DNA of 64,000 nt. It comes from a virus (lineage: Duplodnaviria > Heunggongvirae > Uroviricota > Caudoviricetes). The position numbers and the translations under genes were made by a program. Shown one piece after another: positions 48,294-58,499 of the stretch; positions within the stretch are counted from its first letter, which is position 1, and every line of letters begins with the position of its first letter. Location: the IMG/VR virus record IMGVR_UViG_2639762987_000002; one strand, 5' to 3'. Under the pieces are notes generated by a model, which saw only the letters and a program-made list of their open reading frames with translations, had not been told where the DNA came from and made no database searches.

Positions 48294-48526
48294 GGCAAAG
48301 TCGTTATGGGAGCTTTCGAGACTTTGCCATCACGATGAAAAGACTTGAACGAGGCCAGACGGTGATGTTTCACAAGCCCTACCCGCCACAAGGAAATCCC
48401 GTAGCGTTTTATCTTGGAAGGTTAACCAGAAAAGGCGTATTGAGGCGCAGATCCTTCCCGGCGCATACGGAGTTCAGATTGAAAGAAGGTCAAAAGCTAA
48501 CACACGGTATCAAAGGTGTTATATGA
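48290..48526 (+). CDS. Hypothetical small basic protein between sbcD and sbcC
   Basis: GTG 48290 after RBS GGAGG, GTGA overlap with sbcD stop; ORF track begins GTG 48248. Confidence 0.3.
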   Translation: MRQSRYGSFRDFAITMKRLERGQTVMFHKPYPPQGNPVAFYLGRLTRKGVLRRRSFPAHTEFRLKEGQKLTHGIKGVI

Positions 48527-50439
48527 AGTTTTTAAAGCTCCAGGTTGAGAATTTTATGGCTATCGCCAGCGCGGAGGTCGAGTTAGATCAGCGTGGTTTA
48601 GTGCTCATTCAGGGTGTTAATAGTGATGATAGTTCCGCATCAAGTAATGGCTCTGGAAAGTCAACGCTAATGAATAGCCTGATGTGGTGTCTTTATGGCG
48701 AAACAGCTCATGGTGTGAAGGGTGACGATGTGTTGTCTACCGACCATGAAAAGAACTGTCGTGTTGCAGTAACCATCGAGGATGAAGGCAAGAGATATGC
48801 GATCATTCGTCACCGTAAACACAAAGAGTTCAAAAATCGTCTTATCGTTCGTGGTGAAGATGGCGATATGACGAAAGGCAAAGATGCGCTGACGCAAGAG
48901 TTCGTCGAGCGTCTGATCGGTGCATCTAAAGAGGTTTTCATGGCTTCCATCTATGCGAGCCAAGAAGCTATGCCAGATTTACCTGGAATGTCCGACAAAA
49001 ACCTCAAAACCATCGTAGAAGAAGCCGCTGGCGTTGACAGACTGACACGCGCCTACGCTATTGCTCGTGAGCGAGCTAATGCAGCTGCCGCACGTATGGA
49101 TGTGGTTAAAACCAAATTGGAGTCGACAATCTCGACCATTGAGGCAACACAGTCAGAAATTGAGTCAGCGAAAGCCTCCTCTGAATCATGGGAGCAAGAG
49201 CGTTCTAAACGTTATGACGATGCCCTGGCTGGGCTGGCCAGTGCCGAAGTTGAGTTAACGGAAGTTGAACTTGAGATCCGCACTCTTCCCGAACAGATCC
49301 GTGATACCGAGAAGGCAATCGAAAGTGAGCGCAAAAAGTTAGCCTCAAAAGAAGAACATGACGCCAAGTTGCTCAAAGTTCGTGGTGCGATAACTGATAT
49401 TCGGGCAAGCATCAAAGCTACAGAAAATAGTCAGGCTGATGCAATGAGCCGCGCGCGTAATTTTAAGACCAAAGCAGAAGAGGTTGGTACTAAAGTGGGA
49501 TCACCATGTCCTACTTGTGGCAAAGCCTACTGCGAAGAAGATCTATCAACGGTGAAGGAGAATTTCATTGAACAAGCACGTCAGGAAATTGGTCAGGCGA
49601 AGACACTTGCAGAGGCAATGGCTAAACACAAAACGAATCTTGAGAAAGCGTTAAGCATTGAGTCTGCCCTTGTTAAAACGACACCTGATGTAACGGCTAT
49701 CATTGCCCGGATTGAAGAGCTTACGAAACAACTCTCATCTTTGCGTCATCGTGAGAAGGAGGTTGTTGCTATTGAGTCTCTTGTGACTCGTGCTCGTACT
49801 GAGGTCGATCGTATATCAAAAGAGATTAATCCGTTTATTGCTCTTATCGCCAGACACGAAGATAACTTGGTATCCAGTAAGTCTACCTTCAAGTCCTTAA
49901 AAGATGAGTTGAAGGCTATTCAGGAACAAACGTTGCTATTGGAAAAAGCTCGTCAGGTCTACTCTCCTGCCGGGGTGCGTTCTCATATTTTGACGTCTGT
50001 TACGCCTTTCCTGAATACACGCACTGCCGAGTATCTCAATACGTTGTCTGACGGGAATATTACTGCTGAGTGGTCGACGATGGATGTCACTAAAAAAGGT
50101 GAGTATCGCGACAAATTCAACATTAGTGTGCAGAAGAAAGGTTCAAGTAAGTCGTTCCAGACCCTCTCTGGTGGTGAGAAGCGGAAGGTTCGCATTGCGT
50201 GTTCTTTGGCATTGCAGGATCTGGTTAGTAACCGGGCGAGTAAAAACATCGATTTGTTTATCGGCGACGAAATTGACGATGCACTCGATACAGCCGGTCT
50301 TGAACGCCTCATGGGTATTCTGGAGTCCAAAGCTCGCGAGCGAGGTACTGTGCTGATTATCTCCCATAAAGAGATGAAGTCATGGTTCCGGGAAACTATT
50401 ACGCTGGAAGTTAAAGAGGGGCGCAGCTATGTCGTTTAA
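48523..50439 (+). CDS. sbcC: SbcC/Rad50-family ATPase
   Basis: 638 aa; Walker A NGSGKST, coiled coil with zinc-hook CPTCG, signature LSGGEKRK, Walker B DEIDDALD. Confidence 0.75.
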   Translation: MKFLKLQVENFMAIASAEVELDQRGLVLIQGVNSDDSSASSNGSGKSTLMNSLMWCLYGETAHGVKGDDVLSTDHEKNCRVAVTIEDEGKRYAIIRHRKHKEFKNRLIVRGEDGDMTKGKDALTQEFVERLIGASKEVFMASIYASQEAMPDLPGMSDKNLKTIVEEAAGVDRLTRAYAIARERANAAAARMDVVKTKLESTISTIEATQSEIESAKASSESWEQERSKRYDDALAGLASAEVELTEVELEIRTLPEQIRDTEKAIESERKKLASKEEHDAKLLKVRGAITDIRASIKATENSQADAMSRARNFKTKAEEVGTKVGSPCPTCGKAYCEEDLSTVKENFIEQARQEIGQAKTLAEAMAKHKTNLEKALSIESALVKTTPDVTAIIARIEELTKQLSSLRHREKEVVAIESLVTRARTEVDRISKEINPFIALIARHEDNLVSSKSTFKSLKDELKAIQEQTLLLEKARQVYSPAGVRSHILTSVTPFLNTRTAEYLNTLSDGNITAEWSTMDVTKKGEYRDKFNISVQKKGSSKSFQTLSGGEKRKVRIACSLALQDLVSNRASKNIDLFIGDEIDDALDTAGLERLMGILESKARERGTVLIISHKEMKSWFRETITLEVKEGRSYVV

Positions 50440-51172
50440 ATTAAGCCGCTCGCAGTTTTTGCAGGTATTTGCAGTGATGCAGTCGATAAAACTGATCAAT
50501 GGGCATACTTCCAATGGTGCGGCTCCACGTATTCTGTGGGGCAGCAACAATATTGACGGAGTACAATTTGCCGCGTTGCTTGGTCTAATATCCGAGACGC
50601 CATTGATGCAAAGTTTGAAATCACTACCACCTGGATGTATTGCGCCGATCCTGATTAATCCTTTTGTTGAGGGGGGATATCTTCCCAACGTCGGGCCTGG
50701 GTTTATTGCATCCCATGAAACTGAAGATCTTAACATTAATAGCGAAGGGTTCTTTGGGGGAATGGGTGCGCATCACTGTATGGCTTTCACGAACCTTATT
50801 CGACTTGCCAATAAGCGGGTGGATAGTTTGGCATCGCCAGGTGATGCTTTTACTGGTTTCCTTATCCAAAGGAGGGATAAAAAGTACAGTGCGGACAAAC
50901 TACAGTTTGTTGGTAAGTATGGAGAAATGGTAGAAATCGAACTTCAGCTCCCTCATGTTTTAGCAAACGATAGTGCAGACAGTCGGAGGCTGTTGGGCAT
51001 CATGCGTCATTTCATAGCAAGTGGTGTTAAACATACCGCAGATAAACGTGTCACGCAGGAAAATGAGTATTCAGACTTTGCAAACTATCCCCAACCAACG
51101 TTGCAAACGGCAATAGTAGCCAATTCGTTGGAGGCGAGATTATTGGAAAACCCTATATGGGGAACATGGTAA
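50429..51172 (+). CDS. Hypothetical protein
   Basis: 247 aa; overlaps sbcC stop by 11 nt. Confidence 0.5.
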   Translation: MSFKLSRSQFLQVFAVMQSIKLINGHTSNGAAPRILWGSNNIDGVQFAALLGLISETPLMQSLKSLPPGCIAPILINPFVEGGYLPNVGPGFIASHETEDLNINSEGFFGGMGAHHCMAFTNLIRLANKRVDSLASPGDAFTGFLIQRRDKKYSADKLQFVGKYGEMVEIELQLPHVLANDSADSRRLLGIMRHFIASGVKHTADKRVTQENEYSDFANYPQPTLQTAIVANSLEARLLENPIWGTW

Positions 51173-51181
51173 GGAGACTAT

Positions 51182-51751
51182 ATGAGTAAAAAAATCAGCG
51201 TAGTTGGTGTTGATCCCTCAATGAGCAACTTTGGGCTTGCTGTGGGCACTTTAGACCTTGAGACGGACGAACTTGAGATTCACGGCCTTACTCTTATTGA
51301 GACTAAAGCGGGGAGTAACAAAAAGACCGTTCGTGTGAACAGTGACGATCTGCGCCGAGCCAGTGAAATATGGCGTGTTGCGAAGCCAATCATTGATAAG
51401 GCAAATATGGTTTTTTGTGAGCTACCGGTTGGGAGCCAAAACTCTCGTTCGCAGACGTCTTACGGTATTTGTATCGGTGTACTTGCGTGTGTGGATAAGC
51501 CATTGATCCAGGTTACTCCAAACGAAATCAAGCATTTTGTCGGCAATAAACTTACTACATCGAAAGAAGAGATTATCCAGTGGGCTACGAAAAAACACCC
51601 TAAAGCACCGTGGCTGCGTCGTAAGCAATCTGGACAGGATGTTCTCGTGAACAAAAACGAACATTTGGCTGATGCGGTGGCTGCCATCCATACCGGTATG
51701 CAAACAGATCAGTTCCGCCAGGTGCGCGATGTTCTTAAGTCTCTCATTTGA
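51182..51751 (+). CDS. RuvC-like Holliday junction resolvase
   Basis: 189 aa; N-terminal VVGVDPSMSNFGLAVG, internal FCELPVG, C-terminal DAVAAIHTG resembling RuvC catalytic segments. Confidence 0.6.
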   Translation: MSKKISVVGVDPSMSNFGLAVGTLDLETDELEIHGLTLIETKAGSNKKTVRVNSDDLRRASEIWRVAKPIIDKANMVFCELPVGSQNSRSQTSYGICIGVLACVDKPLIQVTPNEIKHFVGNKLTTSKEEIIQWATKKHPKAPWLRRKQSGQDVLVNKNEHLADAVAAIHTGMQTDQFRQVRDVLKSLI

Positions 51752-51785
51752 TTTCATTGATAGGTAAGTGCTTATCTATTAACAT

Positions 51786-51815
51786 GGGCCACTATATTTA
51801 GTGGCCCTCTTTATT
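51786..51815 (+). terminator. Hairpin terminator
   Basis: GGGCCACT-atattt-AGTGGCCC followed by TCTTTATTT. Confidence 0.6.
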
Positions 51816-51824
51816 TGGTGATAC

Positions 51825-54140
51825 ATGATAAGCATCGTAAAACGTAACGGCCAAACAGAGCCGTTATCCGAAGAAAAATACAACCGCGTCGTAATGTATG
51901 GCGTAGAAGGCATTCGTGGTGTAAGCGCATCCGCTGTAGCAATGGGAGCTGCGGCCAGCATTTTTGATGGGATGACCACCAGCCAGTTGCATGAGGCTTT
52001 GGTTAAATCTGCCGCTGATTTGATCTCACCAGAAGCACCAAATTACTCACAGGTGGCTGCCCGCCTGAACATTTTTAAAATCCGCAAAGATGCCTTCGGT
52101 CGTTACGACTATCCGAACTTCTACCAACACATTGTCAAGAACGTTAACAAGGGCGTTTATGACAAGGATTTGCTGACACATTATTCGTTTGAAGAGATCG
52201 AAGAACTCGGCAATTACATTAAGCCGAAACGTGACGATCTTTTTGGCTATGCAGCTACGGTGCAGTTGCAAAGCAAATACCTCGTTCAAAACCGTGTTAC
52301 TGGTGAGATTCATGAGGGGCCGCAACATATCTATATGCTGGTAGGCATGTGTCTGTTCCAGAATTGGGAAGACGACTGCGCTGGCAAAACACGTATGGAG
52401 ATGGTCAAAGGTTTCTATGACGTTACAAGTACGTTCAAACTGTCTCTGCCCACACCTATCATGGCCGGCGTCCGTACTCCAACCCGTCAGTTCTCCAGTT
52501 GTGTGCTGATTGAGTCTGGCGATAGTCTGAAAGGGATTAGTGCAGCTTCAGCCGCAATTATCGACTACGTTTCACGTCGTGCTGGAATTGGTATTGGTAT
52601 TGGCCGTATCCGTGCGCTGGGCAGCGAGATCCGCAATGGTGAAGCCACCCATACCGGAGTTATTCCATTCCTGAAGCATTTCCAGACGGCTGTTAAATCT
52701 TGTTCGCAAGGTGGTGTTCGTGGTGGCGCAGCAACAGCGTTTTACCCGATCTGGCATCTTGAAGTTGAAAGTCTGCTGGTGGTGAAAAATAACCGTGGTA
52801 TTGATGAAAACCGCGTTCGCCATCTTGATTACGGCGTCATGAGTAACCGTCTAATGTACCGTCGACTCGTCAGAAGCGAGAACATCACTCTGTTCAGCCC
52901 GCATGATGTGCCTGATATGTACGAAGCCTTCTTCACAGACCAGGAGCTGTTTGAAAAGCTGTACCATAAATACGAAGCCGATGATTCAATTCGCAAGAAG
53001 TCAGTACCTGCCATTGAGCTGTTCTCATCTCTGATGCAGGAACGAGCGTCCACGGGCCGAATTTATATTGCGAACGTCGATCATATTAATGAGCATGGCG
53101 CTTTCATTCCTGCTCTTGCACCTGTCCGCCAGTCAAACCTGTGTATGGAGATCACCCTACCCACCCGTCCACTGGCATTTACCGACGACCCGAACGGTGA
53201 GATCGCGCTATGCACTTTATCCGCTTTTAACCTCGGAGCCATCCGTTCACTGGAGTCTCTTAAAGAGGTGGCGTTCTATGCCGTTGCTGCACTGGATTCG
53301 TTACTGGATTATCAAGACTATCCGATGGAGGCAGCCGAAGTGCCTGCCAAAGCTCGTCGTAGCTTGGGAATTGGTGTAACCAACTTTGCTTATTACCTGG
53401 CAAAGAATGGCGTTCGTTATTCTGATACCGCTGGCAATAAACTGGTGCATGAAACGTTCGAAGCTATCCAGTATTACCTTCTTGATGCCAGCTGCCGACT
53501 TGCTGAAGCAAAAGGTGAGTGTGACTGGTTTGAGCAGACCAAATACGCAATTGGTCAGTTGCCGATCGACCATTACCGTTCTTCATTAGACGAAAGTGGC
53601 GAAACCAACTTTGAGTTAAAGATGCCGTGGGAAGAACTGCGTGAACGTATTGCAAAATACGGCCTTCGCAACTCCACACTGACGGCACAAATGCCATGCG
53701 AGACTTCCAGCCAGATCACTAATTCCACCAACGGCATCGAACCGCCTCGTGGCCCGGTGTCGGTGAAATCTTCTAAGGACGGCATCGTTAAGATGGTCGT
53801 GCCTGAGTTTGAAAAACTGAAGGAACAGTATGAATACCTGTGGGATATGCCGGACAACCGCGGCTATCTGACAAAGGTGGCGATCATCCAGAAGTTCTTT
53901 GACCAGGCTATTTCAGCCAATACCAACTATGACCCTTCTCGCTTTGAAGGCGATAAAGTCCCAATGATGACGCTACTGTCAGATTTGCTTCTCGCCTACA
54001 AGATGGGAGTTAAAACGCTTTACTACCACAACACCAGAGATGGTGCAGGAAAGCGTGATGACGACGAACCGCAGAATCCACTGGCGCAAGCTGTAGCCGT
54101 CGAGCCAGAAGATGAGTGCGACGGAGCCTGCAAAATCTGA
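51825..54140 (+). CDS. nrdA: Ribonucleotide reductase class Ia large subunit
   Basis: 771 aa; N-terminal ATP-cone-like VKRNGQTEPL; active-site SNLCMEITLPT and PCETSSQI. Confidence 0.9.
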   Translation: MISIVKRNGQTEPLSEEKYNRVVMYGVEGIRGVSASAVAMGAAASIFDGMTTSQLHEALVKSAADLISPEAPNYSQVAARLNIFKIRKDAFGRYDYPNFYQHIVKNVNKGVYDKDLLTHYSFEEIEELGNYIKPKRDDLFGYAATVQLQSKYLVQNRVTGEIHEGPQHIYMLVGMCLFQNWEDDCAGKTRMEMVKGFYDVTSTFKLSLPTPIMAGVRTPTRQFSSCVLIESGDSLKGISAASAAIIDYVSRRAGIGIGIGRIRALGSEIRNGEATHTGVIPFLKHFQTAVKSCSQGGVRGGAATAFYPIWHLEVESLLVVKNNRGIDENRVRHLDYGVMSNRLMYRRLVRSENITLFSPHDVPDMYEAFFTDQELFEKLYHKYEADDSIRKKSVPAIELFSSLMQERASTGRIYIANVDHINEHGAFIPALAPVRQSNLCMEITLPTRPLAFTDDPNGEIALCTLSAFNLGAIRSLESLKEVAFYAVAALDSLLDYQDYPMEAAEVPAKARRSLGIGVTNFAYYLAKNGVRYSDTAGNKLVHETFEAIQYYLLDASCRLAEAKGECDWFEQTKYAIGQLPIDHYRSSLDESGETNFELKMPWEELRERIAKYGLRNSTLTAQMPCETSSQITNSTNGIEPPRGPVSVKSSKDGIVKMVVPEFEKLKEQYEYLWDMPDNRGYLTKVAIIQKFFDQAISANTNYDPSRFEGDKVPMMTLLSDLLLAYKMGVKTLYYHNTRDGAGKRDDDEPQNPLAQAVAVEPEDECDGACKI

Positions 54141-54202
54141 CATATGGTGGGGGATATCCCCACCTTCTCTTTGATTTGTAAGCCTTGTTTAAACACATAA
54201 GA

Positions 54203-54215
54203 TAACAACTTGTTT
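54203..54215. promoter_or_regulatory. Palindrome tAACAAcTTGTTT upstream of nrdB
   Basis: Member of the AAACAA-N-TTGTTT family. Confidence 0.4.
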
Positions 54216-54246
54216 AAACGCACCAAAAAAGAAAAAGGAAAAACAC

Positions 54247-55389
54247 ATGTCATATTCAACGTTCCGTTTGGGTGCTAATGATGCAACCAAAGAGCCTATG
54301 TTCCTCGGACAATCTGTCAACGTGGCACGTTACGATCAGCAAAAATACCGTGATTTTGAAAAGTTGATTGAACGTCAATTGTCTTTCTTCTGGCGGCCGG
54401 AAGAAGTTGATATTTCGAGCGATCGTATCGACTTCAACACGAAGCTGCGGGACCACGAACGTCACATTTTTCTGAGCAATCTCCGTTATCAAACGTTACT
54501 CGATTCAGTTCAGGGACGTAGTCCAAATGCAACGCTGCTGCCGCTTATCTCTATTCCTGAACTGGAAACGTGGGTTGAAACGTGGTCTTTCTCTGAGACT
54601 ATCCATAGCCGCAGCTACACCCACATTATTCGTGGCATGGTGGACGATCCGAGCATTGTTTTTGACGGTATTGTTACGGATGAAGAAATCATCAACCGAG
54701 CGATCAGTATCTCTGCTGAATATGACAGGCTTTATGGGATGACCTGCGAGCGCCAGTCGTTAGGTGAGAAGGAATTTGAGCGTCTGTACGTAAATGAATA
54801 TGGCTGGGAGCCATACCCTTTGCATCGTCAGCTTTTCCGCACGTTGGTGTCCATTAATGCTCTTGAGGCGATCCGTTTCTACGTAAGTTTTGCATGTACG
54901 TTTGCCTTTGGTGAACGGAAGTTGCTTGAGGGTAACACCAAAATTATGCGCTTTATTGCCCGTGATGAAGCTCTGCATTGCGAAGGAACTGAACGCATGA
55001 TCCGCTTCATGCGTACCGGTCGCGAAGGTTTATTGTGGAAAGAGATTGCTGCTGATGAAGAAAACGTCATTTACGACACCATGAAATCAGTCGCCGAACA
55101 AGAAATGAACTGGGCAGACTATCTCTTCAAAGACGGTTCGATGATTGGTTTAAACGCGGATATTCTCAAAACCTATGTAAAATACCGCACCAATCTGGCT
55201 ATGAATCGTCTTGGCCTGAAGTCTTTATTTCCAGAAGTTACCACTGATCCGCTGGTCTGGATGAACAAGTGGTTGTTAACCGACACACTGCAAATTGCAC
55301 CACAAGAGGCAGAGCAAAGCACATATCTGGTAGGTCAGATCGATTCTACCGTGGATAAGGCTTCTCTAAGCCAGTTTGCAGACCTGTAA
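54247..55389 (+). CDS. nrdB: Ribonucleotide reductase class Ia small subunit
   Basis: 380 aa; di-iron/tyrosyl-radical protein features; directly downstream of nrdA; start context AAAAAGGAAAAACACATG. Confidence 0.9.
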   Translation: MSYSTFRLGANDATKEPMFLGQSVNVARYDQQKYRDFEKLIERQLSFFWRPEEVDISSDRIDFNTKLRDHERHIFLSNLRYQTLLDSVQGRSPNATLLPLISIPELETWVETWSFSETIHSRSYTHIIRGMVDDPSIVFDGIVTDEEIINRAISISAEYDRLYGMTCERQSLGEKEFERLYVNEYGWEPYPLHRQLFRTLVSINALEAIRFYVSFACTFAFGERKLLEGNTKIMRFIARDEALHCEGTERMIRFMRTGREGLLWKEIAADEENVIYDTMKSVAEQEMNWADYLFKDGSMIGLNADILKTYVKYRTNLAMNRLGLKSLFPEVTTDPLVWMNKWLLTDTLQIAPQEAEQSTYLVGQIDSTVDKASLSQFADL

Positions 55390-55466
55390 ACCGATACAAA
55401 GCATTATGTGGCCTAGCAACGCTGGGCCACAATGGATCACAAGAATTAAGAAGGAACAAAACTAGC

Positions 55467-56336
55467 ATGAACTTTACCAAACTGACTGACCACCTGAAAC
55501 TTGCCACCGATCGACTCATTGGATTTAAGCCAGAACCATATGAATTGCATGAAGGCCATGGTGTAGCCACTGAAAGTATTTACAAGATGGTCGATCAGTT
55601 TCATGAACTCTTCCAGCATCCGAGACGCGTTATGCCGACACCAGAGCTGCTTCGTCTCCGTGCAAGCCTGATTCATGAAGAAGCTGTAGTGGAAGGTATT
55701 CCAGCTGCAATGAATGGGGATATTGAGCAACTGCTGGATGCAATGGCCGACTTTTTATACGTTGGTGTTGGTACGATGGTCGCCATCAAAGGTGGTATTT
55801 CTACCGGCATGACCTATTACACGCAGGAACAGAGCATTGATCGCTTTATGCAGACAATTTTTGTGCCTGGTAACACTGTTTTCGATGATATGGCAATGCC
55901 ATTTCAGGAAGCTCGTGAGGCGTCATGTATGCTCGAAGAGCTGGCAGATAAACTTGAGAAGAAGACTGTTAAGGATTCTGAGCTGATTCAGGAACTGCGC
56001 CGTGTAATGAACAAAATCTATGTGGCGTGCATGATGACTTATCGACTGGCTGATTTTCTCGGTATCAATGTCGTCGAGCTGGTTGGCGAAATTCATCGGT
56101 CCAACATGACAAAATTATGGCCTGCAGATGCCGAAGAGCGTCGCCATGCTGTGGCCAACTGCAAATACGACTCTTCTGACCTGGGATTTCGCCATGCTGA
56201 TGGCACCGATAAGATGATCGGTTTTCGAATTTCCGATGGAAAGATTCTGAAGTCTCCAACCTATAGTGATGTCGATTTATCCTCCTTTGTTGAGCAAGCT
56301 AAAGCCTCAGCAATGTACGGAATGATCAAAAAATAA
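55467..56336 (+). CDS. Possible MazG-like nucleoside triphosphate pyrophosphohydrolase
   Basis: 289 aa; helical EExxE/D-rich segment LIHEEAVVEGIPAAMNGDIEQLLDAMADFLYV; assignment tentative. Confidence 0.4.
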   Translation: MNFTKLTDHLKLATDRLIGFKPEPYELHEGHGVATESIYKMVDQFHELFQHPRRVMPTPELLRLRASLIHEEAVVEGIPAAMNGDIEQLLDAMADFLYVGVGTMVAIKGGISTGMTYYTQEQSIDRFMQTIFVPGNTVFDDMAMPFQEAREASCMLEELADKLEKKTVKDSELIQELRRVMNKIYVACMMTYRLADFLGINVVELVGEIHRSNMTKLWPADAEERRHAVANCKYDSSDLGFRHADGTDKMIGFRISDGKILKSPTYSDVDLSSFVEQAKASAMYGMIKK

Positions 56337-56405
56337 TTGTAGGTAGTTATCTATCTGTGTATATTGCGCTGGCGCGTTAAATTTCTGAAACAACTATTCG
56401 TTTTT

Positions 56406-56431
56406 GGTGGCCTATGGCCACCATTTTTTTA
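56406..56431 (+). terminator. Rho-independent terminator
   Basis: TGGTGGCC-tat-GGCCACCA followed by TTTTTTT. Confidence 0.8.
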
Positions 56432-56507
56432 TCTGTCTGGTCTTGTTCTCTCAATAAATGTAAACTCACGCAATGAATAAGTGGTTACTTATCTTTGTGA
56501 GGTTTTT

Positions 56508-57611
56508 GTGTCACTCCTTTTGAATCGTGAGCATACGAACGGTCAGGTAACAAACGCATCGTATGCAAAAGTTATTGAGACGGTGCTTAAAAGCGGCGTG
56601 CAGGCTGATGATCGCACAGGCACTGGTACTTTAAGCACCTGCTACGTTCCCTCTTACTACATGCTTACTGGTGGGACTGTGCCGCTTATTTCTGGAAAGG
56701 CGGTAAATCTTAAGCCACTGCTTGTCGAACTTGAGTGGTATCTGAAAGGCACGGGCAACATCCAATTTCTCAAGGATAACGGCGTTAAGATTTGGGATGC
56801 ATGGGCCGATGAGAATGGCGATTTGGGGCCGGTTTACGGTAAGCAGTGGCGTCGATGGGAAGATACCCGCATCGTGAGCCATAGTGAATATCTGAGCAAG
56901 ATCGCTACTTTCCGTGAACGCGGGTACAAAGTCGAGGGATACCTGGGTATCAGTGAAGATCGCGTAGTGCTGTCCCGTGAAATCGATCAGCTACAGCGTA
57001 TTGTCGATACACTGCGCACGAACCCTACCGATCGTCGCATCATGCTTAACGCATGGAACGTAGGCGAGCTTGAGGATATGAAACTGCCACCTTGCCACTT
57101 TGTCTTCTCTTTGTGGAGTCGTGAACTGGATTTTGAAACCCGTTTAACGATGGCAACTGACATTGGTCTACAACACAGTCGCCTCGGTTATGAGTCTATC
57201 TACACCAAGATGCTATACGATCTGGAGATGGACGGCAGTGTTACTGAAACTGAACTGGATGAACTTGGAATCCCCAAACGCATCCTCAACTCCTGCCTCG
57301 TACAGCGTAGCGTAGACACTTTTGTTGGTATGCCATTCAATATTGCTGGCTATGGCATTCTCACTCATTTTCTCGCGAAGATTACGGGTCACATGGCCGG
57401 TGCATTTGTGCATTTTGGCTTTGACGTGCATTTGTACAACAACCACATGGAAGGTGTGTGTGAGCTAATGCAACGACAGGCTCCAGAGCATTCAGATCCG
57501 GTCGTTATATTCCCTAATGAATGGTCTGAGCTGGATGATTTCAAATGGGACGAGATTCTTATTCTTGGCTATGCCCCTCTACCGTGGATCAAGGTTCCAG
57601 TGGCGGTGTGA
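56508..57611 (+). CDS. thyA: Thymidylate synthase (ThyA)
   Basis: DRTGTGTLS near N-terminus and catalytic MLNAWNVGELEDMKLPPCHFVFSLW; start uncertain (GTG 56508 after GAGG; ORF track begins GTG 56481). Confidence 0.85.
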   Translation: MSLLLNREHTNGQVTNASYAKVIETVLKSGVQADDRTGTGTLSTCYVPSYYMLTGGTVPLISGKAVNLKPLLVELEWYLKGTGNIQFLKDNGVKIWDAWADENGDLGPVYGKQWRRWEDTRIVSHSEYLSKIATFRERGYKVEGYLGISEDRVVLSREIDQLQRIVDTLRTNPTDRRIMLNAWNVGELEDMKLPPCHFVFSLWSRELDFETRLTMATDIGLQHSRLGYESIYTKMLYDLEMDGSVTETELDELGIPKRILNSCLVQRSVDTFVGMPFNIAGYGILTHFLAKITGHMAGAFVHFGFDVHLYNNHMEGVCELMQRQAPEHSDPVVIFPNEWSELDDFKWDEILILGYAPLPWIKVPVAV

Positions 57612-57612
57612 T

Positions 57613-58026
57613 ATGGCAAGAGGTATGTATGTCTTATGCGAAATTGAAGGTGTGCTGGCAAATACCAGCCATCGTAAATCTGTATCTGACTCGGATGCAG
57701 GCCAATTCATTGCCGGTGATGAACTCATTTTCCCCACCAGCCGTATGTTGCGTGGTTTTGCTCGCTCAGGGGCTGAAGTGGTGCTTATCAGTAGCCGCTC
57801 TGAAACTCTTGAAGCGCCCACTAAACGATGGCTGAAAGATTTTGGTGTTGATTACGACTGGCTTCACCTCGTACCGAATAGCACTAGTTATGAGAAGCAT
57901 ATTAAGCGCACATTAGCGGAGCATAAAGGCGATCTGCTTATCGCTGCGCTGGTGCACGATCCTCGACTCCGTGCCGCTTTAGCTGACTCACATCATAGAC
58001 CGGTCATCTATGAGGTGAGCAAATGA
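57613..58026 (+). CDS. Hypothetical protein
   Basis: ATG 57613 two nt after thyA stop; ORF track begins 57517 inside thyA; no motif recognised. Confidence 0.4.
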   Translation: MARGMYVLCEIEGVLANTSHRKSVSDSDAGQFIAGDELIFPTSRMLRGFARSGAEVVLISSRSETLEAPTKRWLKDFGVDYDWLHLVPNSTSYEKHIKRTLAEHKGDLLIAALVHDPRLRAALADSHHRPVIYEVSK

Positions 58027-58499
58027 AGATGATAGCTGCTGTTGGCCGTAACTATGAGATCGGCATAGCGAACGAACTGCCCTGGCGTTGTTCTACCGAT
58101 CTGAAGCTATTTAAGAGACTCACCAAAAACGCCACTGTCGTTATGGGGCGTAAAACGATGGAAAGTCTCAAACGCCCTCTTCCAGAGCGTCATAACCTCG
58201 TTTTGACGCGCTCTCATGGCTTTGTACCAAATGGATTCTACCCTGCTGGTGTGGATGATGTGTTGCGATTACCAGAGCCTGTGTGGGTGATTGGCGGGGA
58301 ACAAATTTACTCGCTATTCATGCCGCATGTTGAAGAGATTTGGCTCTCCCACATCGGCGTTGATGTGCCAAACGCCGATGCATTCTTCCCGGCAAGCATG
58401 ATGCGTAATTTAGGCTTTGTGCCTGTTGAAACAGCTTATACCCAACGAGCCAGCGAGGAAGAGCCTGGCTTTTCGCAGATCGTATACAGAAGGTCGTAA
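58023..58499 (+). CDS. folA: Dihydrofolate reductase
   Basis: 158 aa; MIAAVGRNYEIGIANELPWR and VVMGRKTMESL match DHFR N-terminal motifs; ATGA overlap with upstream gene. Confidence 0.85.
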   Translation: MKMIAAVGRNYEIGIANELPWRCSTDLKLFKRLTKNATVVMGRKTMESLKRPLPERHNLVLTRSHGFVPNGFYPAGVDDVLRLPEPVWVIGGEQIYSLFMPHVEEIWLSHIGVDVPNADAFFPASMMRNLGFVPVETAYTQRASEEEPGFSQIVYRRS

